Source: an uncultured Flavobacteriales bacterium
GTDB lineage: Bacteria; Bacteroidota; Bacteroidia; Flavobacteriales_E; Vicingaceae
DNA: 64,000 bases
NCBI GenBank assembly: GCA_963973975.1
Contig: CAXBCF010000017.1
Span: 559-64,558 of the forward strand
Direction of reading: 5' to 3'
A program made the position numbers and the translations under genes. Shown piece by piece: positions 23,254 through 30,881 of this stretch. The notes beneath the pieces were generated by a model. The model ran no database searches and was not told the origin of the DNA. It saw only the letters and a list, made by a program, of their open reading frames with translations. Positions within the stretch are counted from its first letter, which is position 1; every line of letters begins with the position of its first letter.

Positions 23254-23281
23254 TTAGCTCATGATTTAAATAATGAGCTAG
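23254..23281. terminator. Hairpin between convergent tnpA-like gene and yciH-like gene (right-end hairpin / bidirectional terminator)
   Basis: 8-9-bp stem TAGCTCAT / ATGAGCTA with a 10-nt loop, 3 nt after the tnpA stop and 10 nt from the yciH-like stop. Confidence 0.5.
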
Positions 23282-23290
23282 GTATGTATC

Positions 23291-23617
23291 TTACCCCCCA
23301 ACACGCTTCACTTTATAGCCTTTTTTGGAGAGCACTTCCATCACCTTATCGCGTTTTTCTCCTTGAATAATAATTTCTCCATCTTTTACGCTGCCGCCAA
23401 CGCCACAAGCATTTTTTAGGGTTTTGCCCAAGTCATTCAAGTCGGCATCGTTGCCAATAAAACCACGCACAACGGTGGCTGTTTTTCCACCCCGATTTTT
23501 CTTGTCTTGATATACTTTTAGTTCTTGTTGTTGAGGTGGAAGGGTGTCAATTTCCTCTTCTTCTTCAGTTTTGAAATTTGGATTTGTTGAAAAAACGATG
23601 CGATCTTTTGATTTCAT
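23291..23617 (-). CDS. SUI1/YciH-family translation initiation factor
   Basis: 108 aa with RGGKTATVVRGF and LKNACGVGGSVKDGEIIIQGEKRDKV, typical of the SUI1 family. Confidence 0.9.
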   Translation of the reverse strand: MKSKDRIVFSTNPNFKTEEEEEIDTLPPQQQELKVYQDKKNRGGKTATVVRGFIGNDADLNDLGKTLKNACGVGGSVKDGEIIIQGEKRDKVMEVLSKKGYKVKRVGG

Positions 23618-23729
23618 TTTTTTAAATCATGTGGGTTAAGCAAGCTTAAATCAAGCTGCTTTGAAAGTGGAACTTTTGAAATATTTTGGATTTCAAAGGT
23701 ATTAAATGCTGTTGAAAACTTCTATTATT

Positions 23730-23763
23730 TTTGAATGCGTTTCAAAAAAATCGTATACATTTG
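23730..23763 (+). promoter_or_regulatory. Candidate Bacteroidota sigma-A promoter for the riboswitch transcript
   Basis: TTTG (23730-23733) and TACATTTG (23756-23763) match the TTTG / TAnnTTTG -33/-7 consensus. The 22-nt spacer is slightly long. The putative start lies just before the aptamer. Confidence 0.4.
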
Positions 23764-23766
23764 TAG

Positions 23767-23950
23767 CATTATTGGTTTCCACAAGTGAGTCATCGCTTTG
23801 GAATTAAAAGGGAATTCGATGAAAATTCGAAACTGTTCCCGCAGCTGTAAGCTCTAATAACCGTTGGTCAACACCAATGCCACTTTTTCGAGAAAACGAA
23901 ATGGGAAGGCGACCAAGTCGGGGAGTAAGTCAGAAGACCTGCCTTTAATG
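23767..23950 (+). promoter_or_regulatory. Cobalamin (B12) riboswitch aptamer
   Basis: Conserved blocks are readable: GGTTTCC, AAAAGGGAA, TGTTCCCGCAGCTGTAAG, GCCACT, ATGGGAAGGCG and the B12 box AGTCAGAAGACCTGCC (23928-23943). GGCAGG at 23995-24000 followed by ATTTTT could pair with CCTGCC as an expression platform. Confidence 0.85.
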
Positions 23951-24123
23951 TGATTAGCTTTCGGGATAAAAGCGAAGAGTCAAGATCCATCCGCGGCAGG
24001 ATTTTTACCCTTTGTGCTATTCCGGTTTAATTTATTTATTGTTTAACAAAGCAATTAAACCGATGGAATTTAGGACTTAAACTATTGTGCCTACCATTTG
24101 TTTTCTGCACCAAATTTCAGAAA

Positions 24124-25395
24124 ATGAAAAAAGTAAACTTATTTCTCTCGCTCTTTTTAGTATCAATTTTTTCAAGCCTTGCTCAGCAAGCAGTGATTGT
24201 AAATGGGGGGCAATTTGGCAACCCCAATGAAAATGTCAATGTCGTGATTTATGACATTCCCACAAAAACCTACACCACACTCGATACCATACACACCAAT
24301 TCAGTTCAGGATATTTTAATTGACGGAAACGAGTTTTTTGTATTGGCTCAAGATTCCATCGTTAAATACGATGTGCAAAACCAAAGTCGCTTAGCAGCCC
24401 AAGCTTTTAGTGGCCCAAGTACTAAAACTGTTTTATTGAGTGGCAATGAACTATTAGTTGGCAACTGGTATGGGAAATCAACCGATAATTTATACATCTA
24501 CAATGCTACTAATTTACAATTGATTGATTCTGTAAGTGCTGTGCAAAGCGGTGTTAGTTCCATGTTGTTGGATTCAAACTTTTTATACATTACTCAAAAC
24601 CAAACTACTTCTAGCTTTACAGATACACTTGGGGTCATTTTAAAAATCAATATTTCTACCCGTCAAATTGTAGATTCGATTACTGTGAATAATTACAGCG
24701 AAGAATTTGGAGAACTGATTCGAATGCCAAATGGCACTGGTTTTTACAGCATCAATTCAGGTTCAAATACCATTACTTCAGTTGATTTTAATACGCTGAA
24801 TGCCAGTAATACTTCATTCAATCATAACCTTAGAGTAGGCAATCGCTCACAATGGAGCAATCATGGCGATACCTTGTTTTTGAGAATGAATGCAGGAATT
24901 GGCGCCTTGAACTTGCAAAACTTAGCAGTCATTGATTCTTTAATTATAGACACGGTTGTTACGGCTTTTGTCTACGATACTTTGAATCGACAATTTTTAG
25001 TGACTCAAACAGATTTCTTCAGTTTTACTTCCGGAAAAATTTACAACCGTTTGGGAGTTCAAACCGAAACTTTAACTACTGGTTTTTCTCCTGAAGTAAT
25101 TGATATTTTACCACTTAATCCTGTTGGAATAGTAAAAAATAAAATTGAAAATAAAGGATTTGAACTAAGTGTTTACCCAAATCCAACACAGGGAATTCTC
25201 AATTTGAAATTCGAGGAAAGTAGCAATTCAGTTATTCAAGTTCAATTGTTGAATGGTTCAGGTCAGTTGGTTTTAAATCAGAATTTGAGTTCTACAACTA
25301 ACCAAATTGACCTTTCGAATTTGCCAAAAGGGATTTACTTTTTGAATGTTTCGAACAATGAGCGTCGAGAATTGAAAAAAATCATTTTGCACTAA
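24124..25395 (+). CDS. Secreted YncE/DUF5074-like beta-propeller protein with T9SS C-terminal sorting domain
   Basis: Signal peptide MKKVNLFLSLFLVSIFSSLAQQ, N-terminal VIVNGGQFGNPN motif, recurring strand motifs (SIVKYDVQNQSRL, NLYIYNATNLQLIDSV, ILKINISTRQIVDSI), and C-terminal SVYPNPTQGILNL...GIYFLNV. I chose the internal ATG at 24124. Confidence 0.75.
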   Translation: MKKVNLFLSLFLVSIFSSLAQQAVIVNGGQFGNPNENVNVVIYDIPTKTYTTLDTIHTNSVQDILIDGNEFFVLAQDSIVKYDVQNQSRLAAQAFSGPSTKTVLLSGNELLVGNWYGKSTDNLYIYNATNLQLIDSVSAVQSGVSSMLLDSNFLYITQNQTTSSFTDTLGVILKINISTRQIVDSITVNNYSEEFGELIRMPNGTGFYSINSGSNTITSVDFNTLNASNTSFNHNLRVGNRSQWSNHGDTLFLRMNAGIGALNLQNLAVIDSLIIDTVVTAFVYDTLNRQFLVTQTDFFSFTSGKIYNRLGVQTETLTTGFSPEVIDILPLNPVGIVKNKIENKGFELSVYPNPTQGILNLKFEESSNSVIQVQLLNGSGQLVLNQNLSSTTNQIDLSNLPKGIYFLNVSNNERRELKKIILH

Positions 25396-26369
25396 TGAAG
25401 TTATTACAAAACATTTTTTTAGTTGGTTTTTTACTGTTGAATTTTCAGCTTTCTGCACAGGGGCCTTTTGCTCCTGCCGCAGGAAGTGAAGGCTCTACAG
25501 CCATTGATAAAGAGGATGTGAGATTTGTTGCTTGGGCTACTTCTGCTCAGGTTCAGCGAGGGCTTCAAAATATTTCAAATCCTTCACTTGGATATGCTTC
25601 TGTTGGCGATTCTTCAAAAGCCATGGGTAAAGCCGATTATGTTGTTGTGAGTTTAGGTGATGCAGGGGAGGCTACTCTCAGTTTTGAATCACCGCTATAC
25701 AATGGTGAAGGACCTGATTTTGCAGTTTTCGAAAACAGTTTTTCCGACTCTTTTTTAGAATTAGCATTTGTTGAAGTGAGCTCCGATGGAATTAATTTTT
25801 TCCGATTTGATGCTCATTCATTGACGGATACTTTGCAGCCAGTTGGCTCATTTGGAGCATTAGATCCAACTAATTTGTCCAACCTTGCAGGGAAATACAG
25901 AGGTGGATTTGGAACACCTTTCGATTTAGAAGAATTGAAAAATACTCCAGGCTTGGATGTCAACAATGTGACACATATTAAAATTATTGATGTGGTAGGG
26001 ACGCTTAATTCTGCTCATGCAAGACGAGATGCTTTTGGCAATAAAATCAACGACATGTATCCAACACCTTTTCCTTCAGGCGGATTTGATTTAGATGCTG
26101 TTGGAGCAATTTACATTAAACCTGTTGGTCTTGAAAAACAAGTCGTTCAAAAATTGAAAACCTATCCCAATCCTGTAACTGATAAAATTAACCTACAAGG
26201 TGATTTTGAGAATGCGCGCTATCAATTGTTTAGCATTTCAGGACAATTGAGTCGAGAAGGTCTTTTGTTTGAAAACAGCATTGATTTTTCATCGATTAAG
26301 TCTGGGCTTTATTTTCTGCGTATTCAGCATGAAGAAGGTGTTTTTCAATCTAAAATTGTGAAGCAATGA
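25395..26369 (+). CDS. Secreted protein of unknown function with T9SS C-terminal sorting domain
   Basis: Signal peptide ending SAQ, central GPDFAVFENSF...LAFVEVSSDGINFFRF block, C-terminal KTYPNPVTDKINL...GLYFLRI. The start overlaps the upstream stop (TAATG). Confidence 0.8.
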   Translation: MKLLQNIFLVGFLLLNFQLSAQGPFAPAAGSEGSTAIDKEDVRFVAWATSAQVQRGLQNISNPSLGYASVGDSSKAMGKADYVVVSLGDAGEATLSFESPLYNGEGPDFAVFENSFSDSFLELAFVEVSSDGINFFRFDAHSLTDTLQPVGSFGALDPTNLSNLAGKYRGGFGTPFDLEELKNTPGLDVNNVTHIKIIDVVGTLNSAHARRDAFGNKINDMYPTPFPSGGFDLDAVGAIYIKPVGLEKQVVQKLKTYPNPVTDKINLQGDFENARYQLFSISGQLSREGLLFENSIDFSSIKSGLYFLRIQHEEGVFQSKIVKQ

Positions 26370-28255
26370 AGCAAATAGGCTTATTATCATTGCTTTTGAT
26401 TGGTTTTGGGCTTTTTGCTCAAGAGCAATACCGCGATACTATTAAGCTAAAAGAAGTGAGCATTCATGCTGGAAGAAATCTTTTTGAGGCACAACGAATT
26501 GATTCATTAGCATTAGAAGATCCTACAAATTTAGATTTAGGTGAAATGCTTCAAAAACAAAGTCACCTTTTTGTAAAATCTTTTGGAATTGGAAGCATCA
26601 CCAGTGTTTCAATGCGCGGAACTGGCAGTGCACATACACGTGTTTTTTGGAATGGAATGCAGTTAAATTCTGTGACACATGGCATGTTGGATTTGTCCTT
26701 GTTTCCAACTTTATTTATGGATGAGGTTCAAGTCAATTACGGTCTTTCTAGTTTAAAGCAAAGTAGTGGAGGCCTAGGAGGAGCGATTAATTTGAACAAT
26801 AAAGTCAATTTTTTAAACAAGCACAATGTCAAATTTTCTCAGTCTTTTGGAAGTTTTGGACAAAAAACTAGTACAGCAAAACTTCAGTTTGGTACCGAAA
26901 AATGGCAATCCATTACCCGCTTTTTTTGGCGGGAAGCTGAAAACGATTTTGAATACAAGGATTTGACTTTAGAGGGCTTTCCAACAACCAAAGCTAAAAA
27001 TACTTCGCTGCACCAAAAAGGCTTGATGCAATCTTTGCATTATAGAATCAAAGAAAATCAAGTGATAGAGGGAAATCTTTGGCTTTACCATTCAGATCGC
27101 AACTTGCCTGCACTGATGAGTTTGAGAAATAATGTTGAAAATCAAATCGATGAGTCGATGAGATTAATGCTCAATTACAATTATTATGGAAACGATTGGG
27201 TTTTAAAATACAGTATTTCGAGCTCCATCGACCGTTTGATTTATCGAAACGACCGTGCTTCGGTTAACGATAGCACGCTAACAAGGGGAATTTTTAATCG
27301 AATGGAATTCAATAAAACATGGTCTAAAAAAGTAAAACAAACCACTCAAGCCAATTTTAATTTTCAAGATGCTAGCTCAGGAGCAAATAGCGAGGTTCGG
27401 AATCGAAAAACAGTATCGATTTACAATAAAATTAACTACGAAGCAACTAAGAGAATGACTGTAAATGCAGCTTTTAGGCAAGAATGGATTTTAGATGAAG
27501 CGAATTTATTCATGCCTGCAATTGATGTGAATTATGGACTTTTAAAAGGTCGTTCACTTAATTTGTTTTTTAAGATTGGAAGAAATTACAATTTCCCATC
27601 TTTGAATGATTTGTATACTCAACCTTTTGGGAACGAAGATTTGAAAGCGGAAGAAAGTCAGTCTTTAGATTTGGGAATTGCACGTTTGTTTAAAATTAAG
27701 AAGCTTGAAATTTTTTCTAAACTAACCGCTTTTGCTGCGAATATCGAAAATTACATTCAGTGGCAACCCACTGCATTTGGATTTTGGCGACCTGTGAATT
27801 TGGAGGCTGTAAAAACGAGAGGACTGGAAGGGGAGTTGTCTGTAAAACAGAATGATGCTAAACTTAAAAAGACGCTGACATTAAATTATACCTACACCAA
27901 TTCAATCAACCAAAATAGAATCCATGAGTTTGATGAATCGAATGGAAAACAACTGATTTATATTCCTGAAAATCAATTTAATTTTCAATTGGATTTGGCT
28001 TACAAAGATTGGCGCTTGATGAGCAGTTGTAATTTTGTGGGGCATCGTTACACTTCGAGCGATAATGAGCGATTTGTTCCTGCATATACTACAACAGATT
28101 TAACCCTTAGCAAAAACATGAATTTCAAAACCCACAACATGGAATTATCTGTTTCAGTCTTGAATGTTTTTGACACAGAATACCAAACAATTGAATGGCG
28201 ACCGATGCCAAATAGGAATTATCTACTTCGTTTAACCTACCATTTGAGCAAATGA
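26366..28255 (+). CDS. btuB: TonB-dependent outer-membrane receptor, BtuB-like by context
   Basis: 629 aa with a signal peptide, plug-domain motif SVSMRGTGSAHTRVFWNGMQLNS and beta-barrel-like alternating C-terminus. ATGA overlaps at both ends. It lies downstream of a cobalamin riboswitch. Confidence 0.75.
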   Translation: MKQIGLLSLLLIGFGLFAQEQYRDTIKLKEVSIHAGRNLFEAQRIDSLALEDPTNLDLGEMLQKQSHLFVKSFGIGSITSVSMRGTGSAHTRVFWNGMQLNSVTHGMLDLSLFPTLFMDEVQVNYGLSSLKQSSGGLGGAINLNNKVNFLNKHNVKFSQSFGSFGQKTSTAKLQFGTEKWQSITRFFWREAENDFEYKDLTLEGFPTTKAKNTSLHQKGLMQSLHYRIKENQVIEGNLWLYHSDRNLPALMSLRNNVENQIDESMRLMLNYNYYGNDWVLKYSISSSIDRLIYRNDRASVNDSTLTRGIFNRMEFNKTWSKKVKQTTQANFNFQDASSGANSEVRNRKTVSIYNKINYEATKRMTVNAAFRQEWILDEANLFMPAIDVNYGLLKGRSLNLFFKIGRNYNFPSLNDLYTQPFGNEDLKAEESQSLDLGIARLFKIKKLEIFSKLTAFAANIENYIQWQPTAFGFWRPVNLEAVKTRGLEGELSVKQNDAKLKKTLTLNYTYTNSINQNRIHEFDESNGKQLIYIPENQFNFQLDLAYKDWRLMSSCNFVGHRYTSSDNERFVPAYTTTDLTLSKNMNFKTHNMELSVSVLNVFDTEYQTIEWRPMPNRNYLLRLTYHLSK

Positions 28256-29286
28256 TAAAAAGTTCTTATTTCTTTATTCTTGCTTTGATTTTAACTGTTT
28301 CTTGTAGAGAAAACGACGATGATGATCCTGTAGTTTTAGATCCAAATGAACGGAAAGTTTTTGTATTGAATGAAGGAAATTTTCAATTTGGTAATGCGAG
28401 TATTTCCGTTTTTCAACCTGAAAAATCAGAAGTAAAACATTTTGTTTTCGAATCCAATAATTCAGGTAGACCGATTGGAGATGTAGTTCAATCAATGGAA
28501 ATAATTGATAATAAAGGATTCATTGTTGTCAATAATTCCTCTAAAATTGAGGTGGTTGACATCTCCAATTTTAAATCGTTGGGGAGCATTTCACCTTTTA
28601 ATTCACCGCGCTATATTTTGCCAATCAGTAAAAACAAAGCCTATGTCAGTGATTTATACGAGGGAAAAATTAGCATCATTGACCCTGAACAGCAAACAAT
28701 TATAGGTAGTATTTCAACAGGAGGATGGACGGAAGAAATGCATTTAGCCAATAATAAAGCCTTTGTTTGCCACATGGACAGTGCTCAGATATTGGTGATT
28801 GATGTGCAGAGTGATCAAATAATCAATCGAATTAAAACCCCAGTTGAGCCAAATAAAATTCTACAAGATGTGAACGGAAACCTTTGGGTGGCTTGCTCAG
28901 GAGGTTTTAGTGAAGACTATACTGCCTTAGTTCAAATCAATCCTTCAAATGAGCAAATAATAAAAACGATCACCTCAAATGATTTAAGCAATAGCATCAA
29001 TAACTTAGAAATGCATCCCTCAAAATCGAGTTTGTTTTATTTAATGAGTGGAGATTTATTTGAAATTTCCATTTCTGACAGCACTTTGCCAAGTCAAGCT
29101 TTAGTTTCGGGTGATGGAAAACTATTTTATGGCTTGGGAGTTGATGTAGTTGCCAATGAAATATACGTTTCTGATGCCATTGATTACCAACAACACGGAG
29201 TAGTTTTTCGATATGATTTCAATGGCAATCAAATTAGCCACTTTAGAGCTGGAATTATTCCGGGAGATTTTATATTTTACAAATAA
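28252..29286 (+). CDS. YncE/DUF5074-like beta-propeller lipoprotein (BtuG-like role is a hypothesis)
   Basis: Lipobox LTVSC, acidic linker ENDDDDP, VFVLNEGNFQFGNASI motif paralogous to the 24124 gene, and repeated KIEVVDISNFKSLGSI / KISIIDPEQQTIIGSI / QILVIDVQSDQIINRI strands. Confidence 0.75.
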   Translation: MIKSSYFFILALILTVSCRENDDDDPVVLDPNERKVFVLNEGNFQFGNASISVFQPEKSEVKHFVFESNNSGRPIGDVVQSMEIIDNKGFIVVNNSSKIEVVDISNFKSLGSISPFNSPRYILPISKNKAYVSDLYEGKISIIDPEQQTIIGSISTGGWTEEMHLANNKAFVCHMDSAQILVIDVQSDQIINRIKTPVEPNKILQDVNGNLWVACSGGFSEDYTALVQINPSNEQIIKTITSNDLSNSINNLEMHPSKSSLFYLMSGDLFEISISDSTLPSQALVSGDGKLFYGLGVDVVANEIYVSDAIDYQQHGVVFRYDFNGNQISHFRAGIIPGDFIFYK

Positions 29287-29297
29287 ACAATCTTGAA

Positions 29298-30101
29298 ATG
29301 AACTTTGCACCTGAGCGAATCATATGCTTAACTGAAGAAACCACTGAAATGCTTTACCTTCTTGGTGAACAAGATCGAATAGTTGGAATTTCAAGTTTTA
29401 CAAAGCGTCCAAAGCAAGCTCGGAAAGAGAAAGAAAAAGTTTCTGCTTTTCTTGATGCTAATTTGAATCGAATCATTGAATTAAAACCAGATTTAGTAAT
29501 CGGTTTTTCAGATATTCAAGCAGACATTGCACAGGCTTTAATCAAACATGGAATAAGTGTTTGGGTGAGCAATCATCGATCTGTGAAAGAGATTTTCAAC
29601 TTTTTAGTCCAGCTTGGTGCTTTAGTTGACAAAAAGGAGGCTGCAATTGATTTAGTCAAAGGGTATGAAAAACGAATTGCAGAAATTCAACTAATTTCTT
29701 CCAAATGGGAAAAGAAGCCACGAGTTTATTTTGAAGAGTGGTTTGATCCTTTAATTACAGGAATTGAATGGGTAACTGAACTCATTGAAATTGCAGGTGG
29801 GGATGATATTTTTCCTGAAAAGAAAGGTGCGAGTTTGGCAAAAGACAGAATCATTGAATATCCAATGGAGGTGGTTAGAAGAAATCCTGACATTGTTCTA
29901 GCATCTTGGTGTGGAAAGAAATTTAAATTGAAAAAAATGCTTGAAAGAGAAGCATGGCAGACAATAAAAGCTATTAAAAATAATCAGGTTTTTGAAATTG
30001 ATTCCACCATTATATTACAACCCGGGCCTGCTTCAATTACAGAGGGAGTGCAAATAATGCATGGTATTTTTAAAGATTGGAACGAACAATATGGCAGCTA
30101 A
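29298..30101 (+). CDS. BtuF/cobalamin-binding-type periplasmic-binding-protein fold, but with no signal peptide
   Basis: RIICLTEETTEMLYLLGEQDRIVGIS, PDLVIGF and ILQPGP are class III (BtuF/FhuD-like) binding-protein motifs. The ORF begins MNFAPERI with no hydrophobic leader, only 11 nt after the upstream stop. Confidence 0.7.
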   Translation: MNFAPERIICLTEETTEMLYLLGEQDRIVGISSFTKRPKQARKEKEKVSAFLDANLNRIIELKPDLVIGFSDIQADIAQALIKHGISVWVSNHRSVKEIFNFLVQLGALVDKKEAAIDLVKGYEKRIAEIQLISSKWEKKPRVYFEEWFDPLITGIEWVTELIEIAGGDDIFPEKKGASLAKDRIIEYPMEVVRRNPDIVLASWCGKKFKLKKMLEREAWQTIKAIKNNQVFEIDSTIILQPGPASITEGVQIMHGIFKDWNEQYGS

Positions 30102-30804
30102 ACCCAAACTTTTTTTGAATTGGAGCAGCGGAAAAGATGCTGCTTATGCTTTGTATCTTCTGCAAGAAGAAGGCTATTATGAAGTGGATCGCCTGCTAAC
30201 TACAATTAATAGCAGTACCAATAGAATCAGTCTTCATGGATTGAGTAAAGAACTTTTAATTGCACAAGCTAGTGCGATTGAATTGCTGTTAGATATAATT
30301 TCATTTAAAGCCGATTTTGATGCGGAAGCTTATGCAAAGATGATGCAAACTGAAATGGTACGCTTGAAGCAACTAGGGTACAATCATGCTGCATTTGGAG
30401 ATATTTTTTTAGAAGATTTGAGAGCATACAGAGAAAAACAATTAAATAACCATCAAATTCAAACAGTTTTTCCACTTTGGAAAAAAGATACCAAACAGCA
30501 ATTGAAAGATTTTATCTCATCGGGATTTAAAGCCGTGGTTGTTTCTGCCAACGCTAAGTGGTTCGGTAGCGATTTTGTGGGAAAGGAAATCGATGAACGC
30601 TTTTTAAATTGCTTGCCAAATGAAGTTGACCCTTGTGGTGAAAATGGAGAATTTCATACCTTTTGTTATGATGGACCCATCTTCAAACGTCCTGTAAAGT
30701 TTCAGATAACTGACATATTAATCAAGACTTATCCTCCGATTGATTCATCAGATAAGGGCATAGAGTTTTGGTTTGCTGAGCTGATTTCGTTAAACAAACA
30801 ATAA
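30091..30804 (+). CDS. PP-loop ATP pyrophosphatase of the Dph6/MJ0570-like family
   Basis: N-terminal PP-loop variant LNWSSGKDAAYAL and C-terminal CGENGEFHTF motif, typical of diphthine-ammonia-ligase-like ATP-binding domains. ATG 30091 overlaps the upstream stop by 11 nt; the alternative is ATG 30061. Confidence 0.7.
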   Translation: MAAKPKLFLNWSSGKDAAYALYLLQEEGYYEVDRLLTTINSSTNRISLHGLSKELLIAQASAIELLLDIISFKADFDAEAYAKMMQTEMVRLKQLGYNHAAFGDIFLEDLRAYREKQLNNHQIQTVFPLWKKDTKQQLKDFISSGFKAVVVSANAKWFGSDFVGKEIDERFLNCLPNEVDPCGENGEFHTFCYDGPIFKRPVKFQITDILIKTYPPIDSSDKGIEFWFAELISLNKQ

Positions 30805-30881
30805 TTGCAACCTAAAACAAGTTTTTCGGTATAAGGTTGTTAAGCTTTTCCGATATTTGTGTTTCCTTGTAATAAATTTAA

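Larger units (their letters stand above)
22716..23281 (+). mobile_element. IS200/IS605-family-like unit: structured left end, Y1 (HUH) transposase/RAYT gene, right-end hairpin
   Basis: The repeat (22716-22801), the tnpA-like CDS (22817-23251) and the hairpin TAGCTCAT-GATTTAAATA-ATGAGCTA (23255-23280) form one unit. A single small Y1 gene flanked by subterminal hairpins, with no inverted terminal repeats, is the IS200-type architecture. Confidence 0.6.

Noticed and set aside
24085-24123. Upstream start (MCLPFVFCTKFQK) for the first riboswitch-controlled gene.
   Set aside because: The extension precedes a perfect signal peptide that begins at MKKVNLF (24124) and would bury it.
30061-30090. Longer start for the PP-loop ATPase gene.
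   Set aside because: It would overlap the upstream gene by 41 nt. ATG 30091 places the PP-loop at the usual distance from the N-terminus. This remains uncertain.
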